This document shows, in pieces, positions 1 through 9,134 of a stretch of 64,000 bases of DNA. This DNA is from an uncultured Saprospiraceae bacterium (GTDB lineage Bacteria > Bacteroidota > Bacteroidia > Chitinophagales > Saprospiraceae): NCBI GenBank assembly GCA_964428345.1, contig CAYRYD010000014.1, positions 28,514 to 92,513 of the forward strand. Direction: 5' to 3'. How positions within the stretch are numbered: the stretch's first letter is position 1; each line of letters starts with the position of its first letter. A program made the position numbers and the translations under genes. The notes beneath the pieces were generated by a model. That model was given only the letters and a program-made list of their open reading frames with translations, was not told where the DNA came from and made no database searches.

Positions 1-363
1 AATGATAAATTCCTTTCTCAGAAGCGGTATTTCCACCAGAGACCGGGCGGTTTTCAAATCGTCCAGATGCCCTCCAAAATATTCGGCATCGGTCAGCACC
101 GAGATCCCGGCACATCCGGCTTCAACATATCCCTTTACTACCGGTTCTACGATCGCCCCAGCGTAAATATCACCTTTGGAAGGCGACCGGCGTTTAAATT
201 CTGCAATGATGGCAAAAGGCGCCCTGGCCCGCAGATGTTGCGACATGGAGATGACCGGCCTCTCAAAAAAAGGAGACTGCTCCAGGGTAGCAACGGTCAC
301 CTGTTCCTTTCTGTCCCTGACTTCCCGTCTTTTGGTCGCAATGATTTTTTCTAAAATATCCAC
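1..363 (-). CDS. trpC: indole-3-glycerol phosphate synthase, N-terminal part (3' end runs off the window)
   Basis: Own translation of the minus strand from GTG at 363: (M)DILEKIIATKRREV...FAIIAEFKRRSPSKGDIY...GISVLTDAEYFGG...LLRKEFII. These are canonical IGPS motifs, and the ORF follows trpE-trpG-trpD on the same strand. It is absent from the ORF track because it is truncated by the window edge. Confidence 0.85.
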   Translation of the reverse strand, partial: MDILEKIIATKRREVRDRKEQVTVATLEQSPFFERPVISMSQHLRARAPFAIIAEFKRRSPSKGDIYAGAIVEPVVKGYVEAGCAGISVLTDAEYFGGHLDDLKTARSLVEIPLLRKEFII

Positions 364-409
364 GATTTGGATTGCTGATTTCAGATTGCTGATTTTTGAT
401 TGATCCCTT

Positions 410-1399
410 TTAATTCGCGAGCGTTTTCTTCAGACATCCCAGGGCTTTACCGCTATCGAGTGATTCCCGAGCTTCGTTTATACAATCCTCAAAACTGCGT
501 TCAGGATGGAAGCGGTGAATTGCAAGGCCGGCATTGGCATAGATCACATTTCTCTGGGCTTCCGTTCCCTTCCCCTCCAGGATGCTGATAAAAATTTCGG
601 CTGCTTCGGGGACGGTCTGTCCTCCATACAGATCTTCCTCATTGATGGTGGAAAAACCAAGATCTTCGGGAGCGATAAACCGGTCGGTGTCACCGGTGCG
701 ATAAATAAATCGATCGGTGAGCGAAATTTCATCGTAACCGTCGAGGTTAAATATCACCGCAAAATTCGCCAGGTCTTCCTGTAAAATATATTGGTAAAGC
801 CGGGATAGATTCATGTCATATACTCCCAGAAAATAACGACTGGGACGGGCAGGATTCACAAGCGGGCCCAGCATATTAAAAAATGTTTTCATGCCCAGAG
901 CTTTACGTACCGGACCCACAGCTTTCATGGCCGGATGAAAAAGCGGTGCATGCAGAAATATCATATTGCTACGGTCCAGGCGCCGGTTTATTTCATCCGG
1001 GTCATTGGAAAACTGATAACCCAGATGTTCCAGCACATTGGAGGAGCCACTCACCGATGATACCCCATAATTACCGTGTTTAGCTACGCTGTAGCCGGCA
1101 CCGGCAACGACAAAGGCAGTAAGGGTCGAAATATTGAAAGTATTTTTATTATCCCCTCCGGTCCCGACAATGTCAATGGAGTCCCTGCCGTGCAAATCAA
1201 CCGGCTTGCACAATTGCAACAGGGCATCGCGAAATCCGTGCAACTCATCTTTACTGATGGGCCGCATTTTAAAGACCGTCAGAAATGAAGCAAGCTGGGC
1301 ATCGTTATATTTTCCTTCTGCGATGAGTAATAAAATGTCGGTTGCTTCCCGCCTGCTTAGTCTTTTCTGATCAAAAAGTTCTTCCAGGATCTTTTTCAT
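410..1399 (-). CDS. trpD: anthranilate phosphoribosyltransferase
   Basis: 329-aa ORF with GTGGDNKNTFNIST and KHGNYGVSS..GSSNVLE motifs; lies between trpG and trpC. Confidence 0.95.
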   Translation of the reverse strand: MKKILEELFDQKRLSRREATDILLLIAEGKYNDAQLASFLTVFKMRPISKDELHGFRDALLQLCKPVDLHGRDSIDIVGTGGDNKNTFNISTLTAFVVAGAGYSVAKHGNYGVSSVSGSSNVLEHLGYQFSNDPDEINRRLDRSNMIFLHAPLFHPAMKAVGPVRKALGMKTFFNMLGPLVNPARPSRYFLGVYDMNLSRLYQYILQEDLANFAVIFNLDGYDEISLTDRFIYRTGDTDRFIAPEDLGFSTINEEDLYGGQTVPEAAEIFISILEGKGTEAQRNVIYANAGLAIHRFHPERSFEDCINEARESLDSGKALGCLKKTLAN

Positions 1400-1411
1400 G
1401 ATTTACGGTTG

Positions 1412-2032
1412 TTAAGCCAGATAGCGACTGTCCTTTTTCTCAAATAATTTATCCTGATATTTTTCGGCATAGACGAAAAAATTCTTTAGGATTTTCTTAC
1501 CCACCGGAGTTAGGATGCTTTCCGGATGAAACTGAACTCCACGGACATTAAACTGCCGGTGCCTGAGAGCCATGATCGTTCCGGACTCATCTTCGGCAGT
1601 AATTTCCAGACAATCGGGAAAATCTTTTTTCTCGACGATCCATGAATGATAACGGCCGGCCTCAAATTGCTTCGGCAGCCCCTCAAACAATACATCATCT
1701 TTTATCACGGTAATGCTGGTAGCAACTCCGTGATATACCTGATCCAGATTATGCAACCGGCCGCCAAAAACTTCACCGATGGCCTGGTGACCCAGACATA
1801 CCCCCAAAATTGATTTGGTCTGGTGATACTGTCGGATCACATCAGGAGTAATTCCCGATTCCGAAGGCAATCCCGGACCGGGTGATAAGACAATGACATC
1901 ATACAATTCCACTTCATTCAATCCGATGGCATCGTTCCGGAAGACATCTACCGGATAGGGAATGATCTCGCGGATATATTGCACCAGATTATAGGTAAAG
2001 GAATCGTAATTATCGACGACTAATATTTTCAT
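1412..2032 (-). CDS. trpG: anthranilate synthase component II (glutamine amidotransferase)
   Basis: 206-aa ORF with class-I GATase motifs GVCLGHQAIG, RYHSW and GVQFHPES; starts 7 nt after the trpE stop. Confidence 0.93.
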   Translation of the reverse strand: MKILVVDNYDSFTYNLVQYIREIIPYPVDVFRNDAIGLNEVELYDVIVLSPGPGLPSESGITPDVIRQYHQTKSILGVCLGHQAIGEVFGGRLHNLDQVYHGVATSITVIKDDVLFEGLPKQFEAGRYHSWIVEKKDFPDCLEITAEDESGTIMALRHRQFNVRGVQFHPESILTPVGKKILKNFFVYAEKYQDKLFEKKDSRYLA

Positions 2033-2039
2033 GGCGGTG

Positions 2040-3437
2040 TTAATTTAATTGTTCTGCTAATACCAGGGCCCTTTTCAGCGCTCCCAGTTTATTATTGACT
2101 TCCTGCAATTCGCTTTCTTCCACGCTGGCTGAAACAATCCCGGCTCCAGCCTGGCGATAGAGCACATTATTCATACTTAAAAAAGAACGAATAATGATTG
2201 CATGTACGATATCCCCGTTAAAATTAAGAAACCCAATCCCCCCTCCGTAAAACGACCGGTTGATGTTTTCGTACCGGTTGATCAGTTCGATGGCTTTGTA
2301 TTTGGGGGCCCCTGAAAGCGTACCTGCCGGAAAGGTATCTCCAAAAATCTGTATCGTATTGGCATTTTCATCCAGTTGACCGGACACTTTTGAAACCAGG
2401 TGAATCACATGGCTGAAATACTGTACTTCCTTCAATACCTGAACCCTGACATCATGACAGTGCCTTCCGAGGTCGTTACGGGCCAGATCCACCAGCATCA
2501 CGTGTTCGGCATTTTCCTTGGGATCGGCGATCAGTTTTTCAGCGTTTACGGCATCTTCCTCATCCTTTCCTGTGCGCTTATAGGTGCCGGCAATCGGATT
2601 GACATAAGCGGTTTTTCCCTTGATCACCAGCTGGGATTCAGGCGAACTGCCAAAGATTTTGTATGACCCGTAGTCAAAATAATACAGATAGGGTGAAGGA
2701 TTGATCGATCGTAAAACCCTATACACTTTAAATTCATCACCTTTAAACTGCTGACGAAATTGTCTGGATAAAACAATCTGAAATACATCACCGATCTGGC
2801 AATGATACTTACCTTTGGTAACCAGGTCTTTGTATTCCTCATCGGTTAGATTACTACTCTCCTCACCAACCAGGGTAAAATCATAGTTGGGAATGTGATA
2901 ATCATACACCATACGCCGGATCTTGTCCAGCTGGCTGGATTCGCCTTCGAGCCGGTTCTCGATCAGGTATATTTCCTCATTAAAATGATTAATGGTAATC
3001 AGGTACCGATAAAAAATATAATGCATATCCGGTACCCGGGTCTGATGTTTTGCATCATCAAACCGGATCGTATCAAAATATCGTACGGCGTCAAAATTAG
3101 TGTGCCCGACAAAACCATTGACCGGTACCTGGTTGTTGCTTGATACCTGCATTTCATCGATAAAATTTTTAAATACCTCCGCCACTTCCATGGATCTGCC
3201 AAGACTGATCTTCTTCGTGGTTCCTCCCGGATACCGTAGACTGACGATACCATCTTCTACCCGGATCGAAGCCAGGGGTTCGAAGCCAATGATCGAATGA
3301 CTGTTTTCCGAAGACCGGTAGTCATTGCTTTCGAGAAGACAGGGAGATAAAAACCTGTCTCTTATTTTCAGAAAAATCGCCACCGGAGTCACGGTATCCG
3401 AAAGGAGTTTAACCGATTCGGTTATCACTTTTTTCAT
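2040..3437 (-). CDS. trpE: anthranilate synthase component I
   Basis: 465-aa ORF with chorismate-binding motifs LSRQF, GTLSGAPK and SFYGGGIGF; first gene of the trp cluster. Confidence 0.95.
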   Translation of the reverse strand: MKKVITESVKLLSDTVTPVAIFLKIRDRFLSPCLLESNDYRSSENSHSIIGFEPLASIRVEDGIVSLRYPGGTTKKISLGRSMEVAEVFKNFIDEMQVSSNNQVPVNGFVGHTNFDAVRYFDTIRFDDAKHQTRVPDMHYIFYRYLITINHFNEEIYLIENRLEGESSQLDKIRRMVYDYHIPNYDFTLVGEESSNLTDEEYKDLVTKGKYHCQIGDVFQIVLSRQFRQQFKGDEFKVYRVLRSINPSPYLYYFDYGSYKIFGSSPESQLVIKGKTAYVNPIAGTYKRTGKDEEDAVNAEKLIADPKENAEHVMLVDLARNDLGRHCHDVRVQVLKEVQYFSHVIHLVSKVSGQLDENANTIQIFGDTFPAGTLSGAPKYKAIELINRYENINRSFYGGGIGFLNFNGDIVHAIIIRSFLSMNNVLYRQAGAGIVSASVEESELQEVNNKLGALKRALVLAEQLN

Positions 3438-3459
3438 TTCATTTAATTTATGGTTTGTG

Positions 3460-3506
3460 CCAAAAGGAAGCGGCTCGCCGGGTGTTCCGACGAGCCGCTT
3501 TTTTAT
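3460..3506 (-). terminator. attenuator/terminator hairpin between the trp leader ORF and trpE
   Basis: On the minus-strand RNA, AAGCGGCUCGUCGG (3500-3487), loop AACAC, CCGGCGAGCCGCUU (3481-3468). This is a 14-bp stem with one G.U pair, which would be a C.A mismatch on the plus-strand transcript. It is followed by CCUUUUG and lies 30 nt upstream of the trpE ATG. Confidence 0.6.
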
Positions 3507-3530
3507 ATGATTTTAACAAAGTGTGGCCTA

Positions 3531-3593
3531 TCAATACACCCTCTTAAGTATATTGTAAGACCACCACCAGTTTTTGTTATTGAATTTTTTCAT
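3531..3593 (-). CDS. trp operon leader peptide, 20 aa: MKKFNNKNWWWSYNILKRVY
   Basis: Hand-translated minus-strand ORF ATG(3593)...TGA(3531), with three consecutive TGG codons at 3561-3569. It sits between a promoter-like element and the terminator hairpin upstream of trpE. It is below the length cutoff of the ORF track. Confidence 0.65.
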   Translation of the reverse strand: MKKFNNKNWWWSYNILKRVY

Positions 3594-3606
3594 GACTTTC
3601 AAGTGT

Positions 3607-3637
3607 CAAATATATGCGCTTTTTCCTTACATGCAAA
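3607..3637 (-). promoter_or_regulatory. Bacteroidota-type promoter (TTTG-N19-TATATTTG) for the trp leader
   Basis: On the minus strand, TTTG (3637-3634), a 19-nt spacer, then TATATTTG (3614-3607). This matches the TTTG/TAnnTTTG -33/-7 consensus and ends 13 nt upstream of the leader ATG. Confidence 0.5.
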
Positions 3638-3734
3638 AACTGGACCCAATTTTTTTTGGCAATTGGTTCCTTCAGGTCTTCCCGGCTTTTTTAAGACGGC
3701 AGTACCTATCGCATATCCGGATTGAGAGATCTTC

Positions 3735-5366
<1,632 letters not shown>

Positions 5367-5382
5367 TCAATCTAAAAGGGCG

Positions 5383-5390
5383 CAAAAGTA
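5383..5390 (-). promoter_or_regulatory. candidate -7 box TACTTTTG for the ABC-F gene
   Basis: Exact TAnnTTTG match on the minus strand, 19 nt upstream of the ATG at 5363. No clear -33 element seen. Confidence 0.3.
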
Positions 5391-5560
5391 ATCAAATCGA
5401 ATGACTTGTTTACTAATTCATTGAAAATTAATCTCTTATGCTTAAAAATGGATACTGGGCAGTGATTCAGATCAAAAAAAGCGGATTTTCAGTCACGATA
5501 AAACCACTTTTCAATGTTCATATCCACAGAATGATCAACTTTGCAGCAAACCAGTGAAAA

Positions 5561-5782
5561 ATGATGGAGTCCGGCAAAATGGATGGCAGAATCCGGAAAA
5601 ACATTCATACCGGTTTGTTGGTGGAGATTGTCCAGAAGAAAGACCAGCACACCGGTATACTCACGGAAGGCTTGGTGAGAAGAATCCTCACCAATGCTCC
5701 CCATCATCCGCATGGTATCAAAGTGCAACTGGATACCGGAGAAGTGGGGCGGGTGAAAAACATCCCGGAGGACCAGGACTAA
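5561..5782 (+). CDS. YwbE family small protein
   Basis: 73-aa ORF with ...TGLLVEIVQKKDQHTGILTEGLVRRILTNAPHHPHGIKVQL.TGEVGRV. Closely resembles B. subtilis YwbE as I recall it. The start may be one of the first three Met codons. Confidence 0.8.
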   Translation: MMESGKMDGRIRKNIHTGLLVEIVQKKDQHTGILTEGLVRRILTNAPHHPHGIKVQLDTGEVGRVKNIPEDQD

Positions 5783-5840
5783 ATGATCTTTCCCTATCTT
5801 TCTAAAGGAACTCAAACTACAAAGTCCTGAATCGCTTAAA

Positions 5841-7058
5841 ATGAACCTGAAATTGTCTGGCCGGGCCCTGTTGTCCATGCAAAAATGGAGAAAAATGATC
5901 CCATTTATTGCATCAATCTTAATGCTCCCCTCATGTAACAGCGGGAGGATGAATCACCCTTCCTGGACTTTCGTAAGCATACCGGATTTCCTGAATGTCG
6001 ACTGTGATTTCCCGCAGGAAGGATGGGAAGATGGCCTCTCCTTCATCCTCCAATCGGTCAATAAGGAAAATCCCGACTTTATTGTGATACCCGGAGATCT
6101 GGTGATGGGCCATTGGGATGACCCGGAATGGGATAGTGCCGATACGATCGCCAAATATGCCCATCGCTATTACACTGCCTGGATCGCAAGAATGAAACAT
6201 CATGATTTAAAATACTACACCTCGGTTGGCGATCATGAAATGGGAGATAATCCATGGAGAGACTCCACCAAACTCGCTTCTCTATCCCATTACCGCAAAG
6301 CATTCAGGGATTACCTGCAAATGCCTCTAAACGGTCCGGACCATTTGAAGGGTACCGCCTTTTGGTGGCGACATAAAAATGTACTCTTTATCTCCGTTGA
6401 TGTTTTTGAAGAAGGACAGAGTGATCAGGGTTTGATAAAAGCAGGAGTGTCAGGCCGTCAATTGCGATGGTTAAAGCAAGTCCTGGAAGAAAATAAGGAC
6501 ATTCAGCATAAAATAGTAATAGGACATACACCGATTTTTGGACCGGTCAGAAAATGGAGTTCGAGTGGACTGATGATTGAAGAAGGCCGGGATTCCGGAT
6601 TTTGGCAGGCCATGAAATCTTATGGGGTTGATGCCTATCTGTGTGGCGAAGTACATGCCATCACCTGTACTGAGCGCGATGGGATCATGCAAATCGCCCA
6701 TGGAGGTCTGATCGGTTATAATACGCGCACCAACTATATGGTAGTGAAGGTTTCGGGAAATAAAATTGATTTTGAAATCAAGGAAATTGAAATCATGCCA
6801 TCGGGTGAACATCTCTGGCAAACAAAAACTAATCGTCCGTTGGAAAGAGTCACCATACACGAATCAGACAAATCTGCCGGTTTCTACCTGGTAGGTACGG
6901 CGACCCTTTATCAAGACCGGGAAAATAAGTTTGTCAACCGTAAGGGATATTTTAATCCGGCATATGAGTTTAGTACAGATCAGGCAGCACCGGTATTCAG
7001 GAAGGGCACACGGCCGGGCATTGTTACTGAGTTGCCAAAGATTGTGGTAGAACCTTAA
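5841..7058 (+). CDS. calcineurin-like metallophosphoesterase, probable lipoprotein
   Basis: 405-aa ORF with motifs GDLVMGHWDD, GDHEMGDN, GHTPIFGP and GEVHAITC. N-terminal MIPFIASILMLPSC looks like a lipobox, so the true start is probably an internal Met. Confidence 0.8.
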   Translation: MNLKLSGRALLSMQKWRKMIPFIASILMLPSCNSGRMNHPSWTFVSIPDFLNVDCDFPQEGWEDGLSFILQSVNKENPDFIVIPGDLVMGHWDDPEWDSADTIAKYAHRYYTAWIARMKHHDLKYYTSVGDHEMGDNPWRDSTKLASLSHYRKAFRDYLQMPLNGPDHLKGTAFWWRHKNVLFISVDVFEEGQSDQGLIKAGVSGRQLRWLKQVLEENKDIQHKIVIGHTPIFGPVRKWSSSGLMIEEGRDSGFWQAMKSYGVDAYLCGEVHAITCTERDGIMQIAHGGLIGYNTRTNYMVVKVSGNKIDFEIKEIEIMPSGEHLWQTKTNRPLERVTIHESDKSAGFYLVGTATLYQDRENKFVNRKGYFNPAYEFSTDQAAPVFRKGTRPGIVTELPKIVVEP

Positions 7059-7120
7059 GAAATACCTGAAATTATTCGATTGCCAGGAATTACCATTCCT
7101 TTGAATAAACATCAAATATC

Positions 7121-7705
7121 ATGGAAAAACTGACTGCCGGTTACTGGCAACAACGATATGAGGCCGGCTATACCGGCTGGGATCTGGGACATATCTCCCG
7201 TCCGCTGAAAAGAATGATCGATCAAATAGACGATAAAACCCTGAAGATACTGGTCCCCGGGGCAGGAAACGGATATGAGGTAGCTTATCTCCACGAACAG
7301 GGTTTTTCCAACGTCTTTCTGCTGGATTGGGCAGCCTTGCCGCTCGAACATTTCGCAGAAAAGTACCCTGATTTTCCGGAAGAACGGCTGCTGCATCTGG
7401 ATTTCTTTTCACTTGACCGTGAGTTTGAACTGGTACTGGAGCAGACTTTCTTTTGCGCTCTGGATCCCGTCAAAAGGCCGGACTATGTCCGGAAAATGTG
7501 GGAAATCCTGGTGCCGAAAGGCCAGCTAATGGGGTTATTATTCAACGTTCCTCTTTTCGACGACCGTCCTCCCTTCGGTGGTTCGGAAAAGGAGTACCAC
7601 CTTCTATTTTCCGGCAAATTCCACATAGAATACCTGGCACCCTGTGAATACTCGGAGCCTGACCGCCAGGGGATGGAACTTGAATTCCGGATGATCCGGA
7701 AATAA
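7121..7705 (+). CDS. SAM-dependent methyltransferase, thiopurine S-methyltransferase (TPMT)-like
   Basis: 194-aa ORF. N-terminal YWQQRYEAGYTGWDLG..SRPL followed by the glycine-rich motif VPGAGNGYE is typical of TPMT-family methyltransferases. Confidence 0.65.
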   Translation: MEKLTAGYWQQRYEAGYTGWDLGHISRPLKRMIDQIDDKTLKILVPGAGNGYEVAYLHEQGFSNVFLLDWAALPLEHFAEKYPDFPEERLLHLDFFSLDREFELVLEQTFFCALDPVKRPDYVRKMWEILVPKGQLMGLLFNVPLFDDRPPFGGSEKEYHLLFSGKFHIEYLAPCEYSEPDRQGMELEFRMIRK

Positions 7706-7730
7706 CCGTTGTTCCCGTTGATGAACAGCT

Positions 7731-8372
7731 TTGACTGAAACGCCTGCCGGATCAGGGGTTAAAAAACTTGTTAATTTTGTTTACCTAACTTCAGTAATTC
7801 ATATTAAGCCTTGGAAATTGGTCAGGACCGACGATGAAATTATAAAGTCAATCAGAGAAGGAAGGAACGATGGCATTGTTTATTTGTACTCCACTTACCG
7901 TAAGGAGTTTTGTCAGTGGGCGGTAAAGCATTATCCGGCAGATCACGATCTCGCACAGGATGCTTTTCAGGAAACCATGCTGGCGTTCCGTTTTAATCTG
8001 GTGCATAACCGGATTGGGGAGATGAAGAGTACGTTAAAAACATATTTGTTTGCGATCGGAAGAAATCAATTGATAAACCGTTTGAAAAAGCGTCGTCACG
8101 AAATATCCAGCGATGACCTGGCCCTCCTGCAACATCAGCAACCCATGGCAAAAGGAGACCCGGAGGAGTTGACCGATCGACAGGAAAGGATCAAAAAGCT
8201 GATCAAAAATATGGAAGAGCCCTGCCATTCCATCCTGAAAATGTTTTACTATCTGGGATATTCAATGGATGTCATTGCCCAACGAATGGACTATAAAAAT
8301 GAAGATGTCGCTAAAAGTCAAAAAGCACGATGCATAAAAAAAATCAGAGAGGCATTGACAGCCTACCGATAA
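7731..8372 (+). CDS. sigma-70 family (ECF-type) RNA polymerase sigma factor
   Basis: Region 2-like DLAQDAFQETMLAFRFN...YLFAIGRNQLINRLKKRRHE and region 4-like CHSILKMFYYLGYSMDVIAQRMDYKNEDVAKSQKARCIKKIREAL. The track start is TTG; the true start is uncertain and may lie up to about 90 nt downstream. Confidence 0.85.
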   Translation: MTETPAGSGVKKLVNFVYLTSVIHIKPWKLVRTDDEIIKSIREGRNDGIVYLYSTYRKEFCQWAVKHYPADHDLAQDAFQETMLAFRFNLVHNRIGEMKSTLKTYLFAIGRNQLINRLKKRRHEISSDDLALLQHQQPMAKGDPEELTDRQERIKKLIKNMEEPCHSILKMFYYLGYSMDVIAQRMDYKNEDVAKSQKARCIKKIREALTAYR

Positions 8373-8384
8373 AACTATAATCAA

Positions 8385-9107
8385 ATGGAATATCCGGAAG
8401 AATACATGCGGGACTACCTGCTGGGGAAACTTCCACCAGAAGAGGCAAAACGTCTGGAGCAAAATCTCGATGAAGATCCTGAACTTGCGGAGGCATTGGA
8501 ACTGCAAAGAGACATCCTGCTGGCTATCCAGTCACGTTTTGACGAAGAATTACTGGAAAAACTCCGGGATACTCACCAACAGCAACCGGGTAAAATCCGG
8601 TCAGTATCTTCCCGGGTTCTTTGGCAGTGGGCCAGTGCCGCCGCCCTGCTTCTCGGATCACTGGGGGTGTATCTGTATATGAGTCAAACGTCACCGGAGG
8701 AGCGGATTTTCATGGCATATTTCGAAGACTATCCCAACATTATCGCACCCGTTCAGCGGGATACACCAGGGACAGAAGGTTTCTCGGCTTATCAGAATGG
8801 TCAATATCAGGAAGCATTGGAGATCTTTGAAAGACAGGAGCAGGGCGATTCGCTGGGTGCATATCCTTCCTTTTATAAGGGAATTTGTGCCATGCATCTC
8901 GAAGACTGGTCAACCGCCATCCAGTCCTTTGAAAAGGTCAGGTCTACTGGTGACCACCGATTTGAAGAGGCAGCCGCATGGTATGTCTCCCTGGCCTATC
9001 TGAGGGCAGGAAACCGGGAAAGGGCAGAATTAATTTTACAGTCCATTGCCGATACCGGTAGTGATTACCGCGCGGATGCACAGGCACTTCTGCGTGATTT
9101 AGACTAA
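8385..9107 (+). CDS. single-pass membrane anti-sigma-factor-like protein with a periplasmic TPR-like domain
   Basis: 240-aa ORF starting 12 nt after the sigma gene. The N-terminus YLLGKLPPEEAKRLEQNLDEDPELAEALELQRDI is the motif commonly seen downstream of Bacteroidota ECF sigmas. One TM helix (VLWQWASAAALLLGSLGVYLYM). The C-terminal helical repeats look TPR-like. No zf-HC2 motif. Confidence 0.55.
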   Translation: MEYPEEYMRDYLLGKLPPEEAKRLEQNLDEDPELAEALELQRDILLAIQSRFDEELLEKLRDTHQQQPGKIRSVSSRVLWQWASAAALLLGSLGVYLYMSQTSPEERIFMAYFEDYPNIIAPVQRDTPGTEGFSAYQNGQYQEALEIFERQEQGDSLGAYPSFYKGICAMHLEDWSTAIQSFEKVRSTGDHRFEEAAAWYVSLAYLRAGNRERAELILQSIADTGSDYRADAQALLRDLD

Positions 9108-9134
9108 CTTTATCACTAGCAAACATGAAGACTC

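Noticed and set aside
3468-3506. Reading the 3468-3500 hairpin plus T6 run as a plus-strand rho-independent terminator.
   Set aside because: No plus-strand gene lies upstream of it, because the region is antisense to trpE. On the plus transcript the stem also has a C.A mismatch, which is a G.U pair on the minus transcript. I therefore treat it as the trp attenuator or terminator, possibly with incidental bidirectional activity.
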